A DNA stretch of 64,000 nucleotides, from assembly GCF_000150275.1 (NCBI RefSeq), contig NW_002060944.1:4654123-4718122 (forward strand), in the 5' to 3' direction. The translations under genes were made by a program, and so were the position numbers. This DNA comes from Trichoplax adhaerens. Its lineage: Eukaryota; Animalia; Placozoa. The stretch's first letter is position 1. Every line of letters begins with the position of its first letter. The notes under the pieces were generated by a model, which was not told the origin of the DNA, searched no databases, and worked only from the letters and a program-made list of their open reading frames with translations. Of the stretch, positions 51,701 to 64,000 are shown piece by piece.

Positions 51701-54700
51701 CAGTGGATGACGATGATGATGAGCATGAGTTGTTAGTTCATTAAGCAACTATTAATATCATAACAGAGGGAAGAGAAGGTAGATAGAATTAGTAATTTAT
51801 TTATCGTACTAAATTGAACGTATTTATACAGTAGTTTACGATTAATAATCTATTCGCTATATTGACGGCATCATGAAGATCGTTAGTATCATCCTATGTC
51901 ATATTACTTGAATGTAGGATTTAGATGTTTGAGAAATAGCAAGAGAATGGAGAAAATATGGTTTGATAGTTATACTATTAGTTAAAATAATATTCGATAA
52001 ATTGATTACAGAATTTGTTGTTGGGAGTTGAATGATATTGAGGGAACATGATGACTAGATCTTGATCGCTATCATAGCTAATATCAGGTGATAAGGTTAA
52101 TCCAGAATTTATATTTTATAATATAAATTGATTATCCTTGAAAGGCTCAATATAGAATTTTATGGTTGGTAAACATTAATTGATATTCTGGAAGCTTGAT
52201 ACGGAAATTCTGTTGCTTGTAAACTAAAATGATTATTTTTGAAAAGCTCAATATCGATATTTTTATACCTAGCAGTACAGATCCATTATCGTTTGTGTAT
52301 CTCGAGGCTATAACATAACTAGTGAAATGAAGATATTCAAAACCGATGCGATCAATTTTAGAATAAACATCATCATTACGATTGGAAAGTAATTCATGTT
52401 ATGCCCTTTATCAAGCGATATTTATAGTTAGTAGAATAGATAGGATCGTTTTAGCGTTCGATATCGGAGAAATTGCCCTGGTAATACCTATCTATACCTT
52501 CCGAATTACGACTAGTGATTAGCATTTACCGTTCAAAAATTTGACGTTAACAACAATATAATTAGACTAATGCTGTTATAATCAGATTGATGTCATTTTA
52601 TTACCATGGCTATATCATTCAGTTGCGTCGTTTAAGTTGTCTAATATGCTATAACTGAGATGATCATCAAACAATTAAATGTGATTTTTGAAAGGGATTG
52701 TATCCAATAATTAAAGGAAATGTCATCATTTTTTTTCTACTTTTATACAAAATCAATTCATTCTTTGATATTTGATGACTTGTAAATCGCTAGAGTATAA
52801 AATCGCCCATCAACATAACAATTTTTAATTTCGATTATGGATATATTATCATTTTATAGAGACAATATCTGTAAAAAGCAAGATACAAATATGTTGAAAA
52901 GTATCGAATGAATCTTTCAACATTTTCTCTTCAAATTCTCGACAGAACATGGACTATTTTCACGTTGGTTAGGATAGAGATATTCAAATCAATACCTTTA
53001 GTATTGTAATAAAATAGTTTAGCTATCCAGATGAAAAGATGTAAAACAGCTGCTACGGATTAACAAAAAATTTTAAAATACTCTCAAGTATTGAAATGGA
53101 AAGTAATGGATTTGATTGACTATTTTGATTGTTATTGATGACAATTGATTAAATAATAACATATGGAATCCACTGTCAGGATTAAATTAAAAATTGTACA
53201 ATATCGTTGCTAGAACTAACACTTGGCCAACTTACTGAATAGCCTAGCAAATTGAGGCTACTGTTGCCATGATTGAATTAAGATGAATTTACTTAAAATG
53301 GCTTAAAGTAGAGCTACTATCCATCTATTGTTTAACCTACTTCCTTACCGAATAATGATGTTCGTAATGACTACAAGATGATTACTGCTAGGGTTAATTT
53401 ATTAAGTAGGAAAGAAGGGAGTCATGGCCATGTTATGATGAGAGCAATGGAGTGTAGAAAATCAATTTCCCTCTGCACTTTAGTTTGTTGATTACGATAG
53501 TAGACAAGGACAAAACTTTTGTCTTAAGAGGACCATTACATTAAGTGAGGGTCTTTCTTATTTCAAGGATTGGTATTAAGAATAGGAGTAATAATAAGTT
53601 ATTTTGATATCTAGGGGAAAGTATTTTAAACTTGAATCATTTTACTTGCGGCGAGATTGATTTAATATCAAGCAGATCATCAGCTGCAGATGAGTCAAAA
53701 ATAACTGATGTTTACCATTGAATGAACAAAAACGTTCACTTCTAAGTTCAATTTCCCGAATCGTAAAATGAAAAATAATCATTCTATCCTGAGAACTATT
53801 ATGATCGATGGATCATTATTGCTGAATTGACATAAAAAAAAAAAATACGCTAACAACTACTGTAAGTTTAATTTCATGATGAGTAGAAAGAAAAGTAACC
53901 ATTCTATCCTGAGAACTATTGCGATTGACAAATATTTATTGCTAAGTTGGCATGAACAAAGAAGTACGCTTACTTATATGCTCAATTTCCGAATTAGTAA
54001 AAGGAAAAGTAATCATTCTATCCTGAGAATTATTGCGATTGTAGAATATTTATTGCTCAATTGCCATGGATTACATATCAAGAATAGCAGTTACACTTTC
54101 TTCTAAGCTTGATTTTCTGATCAGTAGAAGGAAAAGTAATGCTATCTGGACGATTGTAATAGAATAAGAGAACTATTGTGATCGATGTGAATTTATTTCT
54201 CAATTAGCATGGATTGCACGTTAAGAAGGGCAGGAATAGGTACATCTACAAATATCTAATATCCTAACAAGTCGACAACTGGTGAAACTGCAGGTTGCTG
54301 CAATCACCTTCGTTTTCACTGTCCATCAAATGATTCTGATAGTTTCAATTAAGTTAACAATTTTACAATCAGGGAAAATGATTATACAAGCATTCGATGG
54401 GAAAAATCATCAAAATAAGCTTCATCGTGATATTACAATGGTCCATAGGAAGAAAACAAAACGTCAATTTAACTTCCACTATTTTCCAAAATGCAGAGGA
54501 TATTGTCAATATTACCGTGAACGATATTGACTTTTGCCTCCTTAAATACATCGTTAAAGATGAGTCATTTTTAGTGCTATTTTTATTCTGAATGGAATAT
54601 CAAGGTTTAGGGCAACAAATAATATGTTTAATCAATGACTACTGAATAGGAATAAAAATATTCTGTCTGAAATTAACCTTGAAATCAATATTCAGTCAAT

Positions 54701-57700
54701 TTCTTCTGCTATTAAAAGAATATTGTCAATATCATCGCGGAAAATATTGACCTTTGAATCCTTTGAAATGATCTATTGACTGCTATGAGTCGATCATCAA
54801 GCATTTCCGAATGTGTATCAAGATTTATGGCGGAAGAAATACAAGTTCAACCACTATTGAAGTCAGAGAGTATAGGACTCAGTATTAAGGAAGAAATAAA
54901 TCATTCAAAACACGGTGATTAATCTATCCAAATAAGAAAAAAGGATTGATACTATCATGATAGATATTTCATATCGCTCAAGATGGTCGCTTTACCGCTA
55001 TGAATCCGTTAGTAATATGGTTACGGGATGGAAAAATATAAGTTGTACTACTATTGAAATCAGAGGCCAAATATTAGGGTAAAAATGAAACATTTGAAGG
55101 CAATGAATAAAATATCGAAATCAAGTGTATTGTCAATATTATTATGAAAGATGTTGACCTTTGCCGCCTTTAGAGATGATCAATTTGCTACTCTCAAGCC
55201 AGTCAATTGCTAATCTCTGTAAGGATATCAATATTTATTGTAGAAAAAATAACTACATGAGTTCAACGAATTTGTTAAAGTATTTGCAGAGAATAAGACC
55301 TACATTATCCTACGCGCTATTGATCATTGCTCTAGCTCTCAATTTGTTGTTAATATTCCTTAATAACAAGAATATATTATCGAAATTGGGGTAATTTTCC
55401 AGTCCTATGACGACTAAAACACGGTATCAAAGCTAGGATAAAAGTCCATTCAAGTTCTACTATTATTTTGAGTTATAGTAGTCATGATTGCCGCTCGTTG
55501 TCCATATTGTTAAATAAGCATCAAAATTTAGAGAAGAAAAATGTCCATTTGTGTCCTCCTAGTACTAAAATTGGAGGGTATATTCTTAAAATTAAGGTAA
55601 ACATCTATTCTATAGTGGTTCTACTGCTTTTAGCAATGGAAGGTATATTATCGAAATGAGGGTAAACGTCCATTCTAGTTCAACTGCTACTAAAATTCAA
55701 GGATCAATTCTCAAAATTAGGCTAAACGTCTATTCTAGTCCTACTGCTATTAAAATTGGACGGTATATTGTGAATTGAAAAGAATATCGTCAGCAATAGC
55801 CCTAAAGAAGATATCGACTTCAGCCGGCTTGACTACGCTGCTGAATATCATGCAATGAAAGCTCATGACCAGTTGTAAACATCTCTAAATCATTATGAAA
55901 ATTGAGGATGGAAAAACATCTATTCAAGTAGTATTGTTATTGAATAATTGGAGGTTATATTGTCAATATTATCGTAAACGCTATCTTCGCTTTGATGATT
56001 CAACGGACTTTAAGAAGATCAGTATTCGTTATTTATCAGTTCATGGTTATTATTCGACATCGAAATTGACTCGCAAAGCTAATTTAAACTAGCAAAGTTT
56101 GACAAGGCAGTAGAAGCAGCCTATTGAGACTTGATTTCTATCTTTCAAATGGCTTCCTATACTTTTATCCATCTTTTTCAGCGCAGACTATTCCATCTGT
56201 TGGAAGATTCTTATCTCCTCTTCATATTCGAGTACAATAATAGCAATCAACAAACTGTAGGGGATATTGACTACTATTAGTCTAAATAGTAAACATTAAG
56301 CCCCCTGTCATAGGCTTTTCACCGATCCTATTGAATCCACTGTTAGCGAATGCTAACTTTAAATCCTACTCTTGAATAGCTTCGATGTAATCGGCAATGT
56401 ATTAAGAACGAGTTTAGCTTAGCTAGCAACAGCTACGAAGCTAAGCAATTTTCCTTCTGGTATGATTTCGTCATGGATTTCCAGATCTAGTAGTCCATGA
56501 TGTACAAGTCTATACTTGCATTAACGAGTTCAACTAACTAGCAATAGCAAACCAAGTACGCCATTATCCTTGTTATGATAATTTATTCTACTTTCCAAGT
56601 CACTATGGTTTCATTACGGACTTCTAGATCTAGAAGTCTATAATCTGCAAGCCGGTGGTTCCATGGACGAGTTCAACTAACTAGCAGTAACATACGAAGT
56701 TACGCGATTATCCTTCTGTTATGATGAGTAAATCTACTTTCAATGTCATCTATGTTCTATTAATGAGTTCAACGAACTAGCAATAACTTACTAAGTTATG
56801 CGATTATCCCTCTAATATGATGAATTTTTTTATTCTCTATGTCATCAATGTTCACAATTATTATAAATTCCTAGATCTAGAAGTCTATGAGTCCATTGAC
56901 AAGTCTAACGAATGAGCAATAATATACAAAGTTACGCGATTATCCTTCTGTCATAATGAGTTATTTCAATTTCCATATCATCTATCTTCAACTTTATAAT
57001 TAAAAAATTAAGAATAGAAAAGGGATAAGAAAATGTATCTTACAGTCTACTATCGTACAATGTCGTAACCTGAGATGACACAATATCATGTCCTATTTTC
57101 GAATAACATTAGTGTGTCTTGCTAGTCTCTTCCACTTCGATAATTTTATTAATGAGAATGGAATAGAGAGGGTTAGGGGATTAAGTAGTCGTTACAAGTC
57201 ATTGCATATTTGGAAAAGAGAAGGAAAATACTATAGAAATGAGTTGATGATTCTTGCCACAAGAAAACATGAGACGGCATTATAGCAAACTTAGGTAGAA
57301 GTCATGATGGGGGGCGTATTGATTTTTACAACTAGAATTCCCTTGACAATTTTTTAATTATTTTTGGGGTAAATACCTCCACTTGATATCGATTGTCAAC
57401 TCGACGGCATGAATACAAGCTTTGATGCATTAATATCGATAGATGTATCTATTTCTACCATTGGAGTAGTATTTCCATTTAATTTCCCATCTTTGGTCAG
57501 TGATGAAAATGATTGCTATGGAAATATCAACGGAACGAATGATAACTGTATCTAGTTTTATAGCTACAACAGTTGCATTTAATTTTTCATCTTTGTTCAA
57601 GGATTGAGTAATGCAATTTACTTGCAGCCAACTGTAAAGTCGACAGCATTGATGACTAACTTGGAGACACAAATTATGATAGCTACATCGAGTTGTATAG

Positions 57701-60255
57701 CTAGAATAGTTCAATTCTTTCATTAAGAATTGAGTACTACAACGTAGATTGATCTATTAAGCGGTATTCAAGCAAGCTTATTTCGAGACATTAGTCGCCA
57801 ATAATTTGCACTATTGGGATAGGACGAGTATTTCATTGCCAAGGGCTATTTTCAATGATTTGGTTTGCTATTTATACATTGACTCTAATTCGATTGAACG
57901 AATCCAATTGAATCAAAAGAATACGAGATGTTCTATAAATTAATGATTAATTTGTCATTTTTTTTTCTCAAAGGGTTTAAATTCTTATTATAATAGTCAA
58001 GACATTATTTATTGTCTCAAATCATGCTCCATCACTCACGATGTCTATCCAAATGCACTTATCAACTTAACCGATAATACTTGACTTGGGAGTAATCAAC
58101 TACTGGGTTATATATAATTAATTTACCAATTGGACTCAAAATCAATTTTTATCATGATTAGAGTTTAATGAAGTCTAGCCAATGCTAGCTAGTTCAAAAC
58201 AACAATAAAATACAAGATGCAAAGTGGCTATCTTATCGACTAACTATCCCTAGCCAAGGTAAATATGAAATAAATAAGAATAGGGTCTGATGATAGGGTA
58301 ATACTCGTATATGAATCCATTTCAACTAGCCCTCCTATTTTGGGAATAATAGGGATTGTAACCATGGAAGAATATTTCTATTTCATGAGTGGTGGTAAGA
58401 ATTAAAAAAGTAAAGAAAAAAGTAATGGTAGAACAAAATGATGAGTGGTCAATAAATGAGGTAAGAAGGGAGAAAAAAAAGATTTAGAGTAAATCGCTCA
58501 ATCATCTTGTTCATGTTATAGAGATCGTTTATGAAATGGAGAGAGTACGGCAACTATTTCATAGCTTATATCAAGTAAATGAGGGATAAAAGAACCCCAA
58601 ACTATTCTAGTCAGGAGGTATTGGCAGACTTAAATCATGAGTTGACAATGCCATCATTGGATAAATTTAATATTATGCAAACTGTAAAGTATAAATAATT
58701 ATACAATGACAGTAAACGACTTTAGTTGGTCAGGAATAATCAACATGGCTGAAATAGATGCAAAATCGATTCTACGAATGGTGATCAAATCTCCTTTTAG
58801 ACTGATTGCTATGTCTTCATAGTGAGGGTTATTGAATGATATTAAGGTTCACTAAGATAGTCTAGAAAGATTAATCCTAATGAACAAATCAAGTAAGATT
58901 GGAAAATAAAAAGTTGCAAAAGTTGAATTTTCTATTTTCAGTTGTCCTATCCTTAATAGAAATATTATTTTTTAACATCTTGAAGGTGATGTCAAAAAAT
59001 TTTCAACTGATGAAATTATCGTTAAGCTAGGCTACGAATCACTTTAGCATTCTATTTCATGATTGAACTGTATGATTTTTTTCTTTCCATGTCAAGGACT
59101 AATCTTTTGACAACGTACTGCAAATGGATATGACAACATCTCCTTGATTAGTCTTGTAGACGGGAGGGGAAAATGAAGAGGAGCTGTTGGTTGATCAATC
59201 TACCGTAATGATGACAACCGGTCTTGCTAGTATCCCCTGTTTGTCACTTTTAACTACACTCTTTCAGCAAGGGATTGCTTTAGTTATGGAATGGATTTAG
59301 ATAAGAGTTGATAGGAGGGATGGATAAAATTAGAACTAGTTGCAAAGTTCTTTTTCTTTGTTATAACTTGTCTGATTGAGATGGAGGGCGATAACTAAAC
59401 ACAAGACAATGTTTGCTCGTTGTCGGTATACCATAATCATTATTAAATAGATGATAGCAAGTAAAAAGTATAGATTGATCGATGGATTGACTATCAAATT
59501 ATCGATGACTAATAAATTGAACCGTAATTTTTGATAAACATGAATGCAAACTCTAAAGTGAAACAAGTTGAAATGATCGATCAATTCAATTAAAGATAGA
59601 TCAATGGATTGATAGTAGGAATTAATTTGCATTGAATGTTATTATAGTGTCAAAATTTGGGGGAAAGCAAAATAGATGAGAGAATCGCCCAATTCAACTC
59701 GTATTTCATAATTAGTCATCAAGAATGTCATCATCTTCATCTTCCCTCCTCTACTATGTCATGATTGCTACCCGTCACACCTTGTACATCAACTTAATTA
59801 TCATCTAATCAAATACTGCCAAAAAAAAAGGATACGCTCGTAGTTTAGAAATAATTGATACCGACTACAATTTAATTTAACAGGAGTGACTTTACTTCTG
59901 TCTTGTTGGAAAAGGGCTAGAATGGAAATAGCTTTGGTAAGGCCTGGCCTATCAACGGTTATTCTCTTGCGCGTAACAACCGTCATTTTATTTTAAAAGT
60001 ACTTTAAAATATCTAACTTGAAAGATTCGATTGTTATTGTGATATAGAATATATCAAGTTATAGCTAGACAAGTAAATTGAGCAGGTCTGAAATTGGTCT
60101 AGACCTTGTTTGATAAAGTAATTTGTCTTATTGGACATTACCGTATCATCGTTGTAAGATCCTCCAGTTTCAGAAATTGCATCACTTGTAGAACTAGGAG
60201 TCGTTTGAATTGGAATTTGACCACCAAGTCCAGTAATATGATCAGGAGCATCCAT
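45797..60255 (-). CDS. LHX2: LIM-homeodomain transcription factor LHX2/9 (apterous class)
   Basis: Exons 60255-60142 (aaaATGG, MDAPDH..NDDT; this first exon is inferred from phase and splice signals), 51748-51510 (LIM1 CAGC..WHIQCLRCYDC..FCRTDY), 47636-47317 (LIM2 CPTC..HVMKAREYAYHCSCFICHTC..LYCKEHF), 46101-45797 (homeodomain KRIRTSFKQPQLRTMKTYFALNHNPDSKDLKQLSIKTGLNKRVLQVWFQNARAKYRR). All phases are compatible. Pro-ortholog of LHX2 and LHX9. Confidence 0.93.
49810..50465. repeat. ~134-bp tandem repeat, about 5 diverged copies, in LHX2/9 intron 2
   Basis: gaattactggacagtattgttatttaac.tagaatt...aaactaaga..tataaaggaaga..tgat...aatgtgttacatggaagctatttct near 49833, 49966, 50101, 50236 and 50370. 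Confidence 0.9.
53700..54200. repeat. ~115-120-bp tandem repeat, about 4 diverged copies, in LHX2/9 intron 1
   Basis: aaaagtaatcattctatcctgagaactatt near 53771, 53891, 54005 and, partially, 54132-54180. Confidence 0.8.
56385..56965. repeat. Degenerate tandem repeat (about 5 copies) in LHX2/9 intron 1
   Basis: acgagttcaactaactagca...ttacgcgattatccttctg and ctagatctagaagtcta words near 56408, 56524, 56667, 56763 and 56898. Confidence 0.7.
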
Positions 60256-63200
60256 TTTGCAAGTGGAATATCCGGCCTATTGTTGGATCAAGAGATAAAG
60301 TTATAATAGTGTTATGTGATTGTTCATTGCTAAATTGACATGAGACAAATTGCGTCCTAGGATTGAAAAAATAATTTTGTCTTGATGGTCATTGCTCTAT
60401 CGATATCGATCGATAGTTGTAGAATAAAATGAATTCTTTCTCATTGGAACAGATTATTAAGTAAAGAATCAAGCGTTCAAGAGGTAGAAAAATATTTTAT
60501 CCTAATCGAAGCACGTTGTCTAACTTACCCTTTTCGAACTCGACGGTCAATTTTGTTTTGATTGCTTTGATGACTATGTTGCAGGAAAAAAAATGGGATA
60601 AGAAAATGGACTACTAACGTCGATGGAGAAGTGATAATGTAGATAAACAGGGCCGAAAGTGAGAGAAAGAAGGCGCAGAAAATTAATATTAAAATGATAG
60701 CCGAGAGAGAGAGAAAGAATAAAACAGTAGTCTACTAGTTAGCAGTATTATTCAAGAGACAGATGGAGAGATTGAAGATTGTCTACTAGGACAAATGTTT
60801 GAGTAACAACAAGACAACAGATCTAAAGAAATTGTAATTTTAACCTATTTTTCTCTCTATCTAATCTACTGTCTAACTTCTGTACATGCTTGGCGTTGAA
60901 ATAAAGCAAAACGTAAACTATAACTTGCTTGTCATAGAAAAGTATTAGAATAGTAAAGTGATGGAAAGAATAGAAAATGATCGATGGCCTATTGTTGACT
61001 ACAAGATGATCTCCTTGACTTGCATTCAATTAATTAAATGGGTGGATCTTGTTACTTTTTTGTCATGTTATTACCATCACATGCTAGCCGATCATATCAG
61101 TCATTGGTTGTAGGCCACTTACAATATTTTCAAGCGTTGTTCAAATGTTACAACTTTACAACATTGATATAGACACCTCTGAAAGGAAAATACTGCAACG
61201 GGGGGAGGAATGATTTTCAGCTCGTATACATTACTCTCTCTCTCTCTCTTTATATAAATAGACCTCAATGGCTACGGCTATTATTTCTTGAAACAGTAAT
61301 TTTTTTGATTTTCTATCATCTTTATTCTCTTAGAATGATATCCTGATGGTTATTGATAATGTTAAATAAGAAAGAAAATAAAAATAGCGATAAAAAACAG
61401 GGGGTATTTTTATTTATATAGACGTTGTTGGAAGAAAAATATGACTTGAAGATAATATGAAGATCATTTTCAGTTATTTCTTATTTTTTTTTATCTTAAC
61501 CTGGAACGGAATATTGGCTCCGATCTACGTGCTATTCAATTATAAGGTCTTATGGATTACTATTCTATGGAGTGATTTAGCTTTGTTGAAATAATAGGCT
61601 AGGTGTATTCTGACAATTGACTAATTTTTGGGATTTTAATTTTTCCACTCTTTATTATATTGGATTCAACAACCTTTCCAATTCTACATTTTATCTGATG
61701 TGTTATTGCACTATTTTACATCTAGTTTAATAAACTACCATGTATCATTTTGCTAACTTATTGAAAGCCAAGTTAATTAACTCAAAAAGATACTTCCTTG
61801 AATTGAAAAAAAAAAATTTCAAATAATGTAGACAAGGAAAATGCAATCGAGTCGGAAGTGGTCAAACAGTAGATGTATCATTGCAACAATCATCTAATAA
61901 TCGCTATCCTCTTGCAAAGAATACATTAATAATCATGACTATAGTTATGATGATTTGGATGGAAAGAAAAGGGGATAAAATTTCAACACTATCAATAAAG
62001 AATTAAATTACAATTCAGATTGAATTGATTAAATTGATTGGCACATGTCTAGCGCCCAGTGTGACAACATTATGACAATTACATGTCAAAAAGCACACCT
62101 TAACCTATTGTCGCCAACGATTTGCTTACTACTTTACAATCCAATCGTTTCAGTAGCTTCCATTTTTTCATCTCCTCATGCTACTTGAATTATTTCTTCA
62201 TCTAATTTCAACAGGCAAATATAGACGCCTTGACGCGACATACATTACACACATATAAATATTAAACTATACATCAAAATAGTGCTTGATGATAAATTTT
62301 CGAATACTATTAACCTATGCAATCACTGTTATTCTACTAGTTTATCCTACTGCTAGACGACTCGTACCTTGATTTTGAGTAAATTGGAGCCTTCCTTTCT
62401 ATACGGTTATATACGTTATTATTGTTCTAATAGAGAGTGGATCATTTTTTAGTAGCCATGATAGAATAACACTCTCTAGCTTTTATTCTCTCCCTCTCTA
62501 GTACCTAGCAAATATAGATAGATACTTTAGGAAATTGCTCTGGTGCAAATGAAATTATGCACCAACTCCAACTTTTTTATTTTTTCAATAACAACAACAA
62601 CAAAATAACTTTATTACTCTTATATAAGAAAGGATTCCAATCTATCTTTTCTTTTTCAATCCGATTTTCAACAGTTAATCCAATTGATGTCCGCCTCCAT
62701 CTTATTTTACAATTAAGTTCAAGGCGTCAATACTTGGACTTGTTGTCGCAATGGCTAACAAAAGCAAAGAGATCAACTGAATCATGTCTAGTTAAAGCTA
62801 TGATTTGATAGATCATCTCCAGATCATAACCCCCTAAGATAACAATCATAATCGTACTATCGAAATAATACATAAAGAAAGGTTAGGACAGCCTTGAAGA
62901 TTTTTTCCTTTCTCTATATAGATCAAAGCATTGACACTAAATAAAATATTGCCCAAGGGCAAAAGTGCAAGCCTTGAATAGCAGTATTGACATAATGAGT
63001 AGCTTAATTTTTGCCTACTTCAAATAGCTCTTGGCTACAAATGCCGATTTTATTCTTTCCTTCTATTCTATTCTATCCTCCTTTATTTTATTATTTTTTT
63101 ATTTATTTTTCTCCTCTTCTATTCTATAATTCTTTATCAATTAGAAATTATTTCTCTTCATATCTTAATATTATTTGTTACGCAACAGCAACAATCACCT

Positions 63201-64000
63201 GCTTGTATAAATTCAGCTAATTTAGATATATGTTTGCATACTGATTCAATAGAGAATTCATGATGTTGACTATAGCTCATTTCCAATGTTATTGTTTGAA
63301 CCAAAATAATCTCCCTCCCTTCTCCTCCTCCGCCTTTCCTCCCCCCACCCCCTTACCTTCGTCGGCCCCATTTTAAAACTTTTACAACGCCAACGGATTA
63401 TCATAGCATCGTTGTAACTTATCTAAACTCAGTGTATATACATGATGTAACACTCGTTAAATTGCTTTCTCAGGATATCGAGATTGTTGTTGGCAGGCGT
63501 TGTTATGATCCATTGTGATTATTTGAAATAAATAGTCTACTTTATCTTACAGCCGCATGGAATTAATGGTAAAATAGTAGCTAATCATTATCATATAATT
63601 TTATCACGGAAGTGATTATTTCTAAGATTACTACGATTAATAACTAAAGAAAGATTTGTCAATATCATAAATGCGATGCACGACATAGAAAAATGGAATA
63701 AAATGTGGTCATTTTGTTACTTAGCACTATTCTAGATTTTATTACGGAAATTTAAATTATAATTTAACGGATATCAATAGGTACCGTATCGAATAGATGT
63801 TTTTTTTTCTTATTATACGTATTCCGTATCCGCTAAACGATATGTAAAACTATTGGTATAATATATTGCCATTTTAGTAGCATGAACAGTAGTCGCTGAG
63901 TAAATGCAAGTTTTAGTCTTTTATTAATCCTACTAGAGATTGTTGTTGCAATCAGAGTATCCTCATGCAAAAGCTGGAGAAATAAAACATAAAGCAGATT

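Noticed and set aside
53876-59986. Short ORFs inside LHX2/9 intron 1
   Set aside because: They are low-complexity translations of AT-rich or repetitive DNA with no domain. The donor near the 59986 ORF start is phase-incompatible with the LIM1 exon.

Overview
AT-rich (roughly one-third GC) animal genomic DNA with intron-dense genes and mostly very short GT-AG introns. The compact style suggests a non-bilaterian, possibly a placozoan such as Trichoplax; this is an inference, not proven. Seven protein-coding genes were reconstructed by hand-splicing: a class I/II PLP aminotransferase (-, runs off the left edge), a FUBP/KHSRP/PSI four-KH RNA-binding protein (+), PRDM12 (-), DOLPP1 (+), carnitine O-acetyltransferase CRAT (-), SNRNP40/U5-40K (+) and LHX2/9/apterous (-). 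The FUBP-PRDM12 and DOLPP1-CRAT adjacencies, plus LHX2, mirror human 9q33-34, which suggests very ancient microsynteny. Other notable items: a WDR5-binding (WBM)-type EEEIDVT motif in the PRDM12 tail; dense palindromic TAC[A/T]GTA clusters around divergent housekeeping promoters; abutting 96-bp and 152-bp tandem arrays between CRAT and SNRNP40, the latter with interlocking self-complementarity; dual-targeting signals in CRAT and the aminotransferase; and a possible unannotated micro-exon transcript near 43 kb. No rRNA, tRNA, CRISPR array or transposase was recognised.
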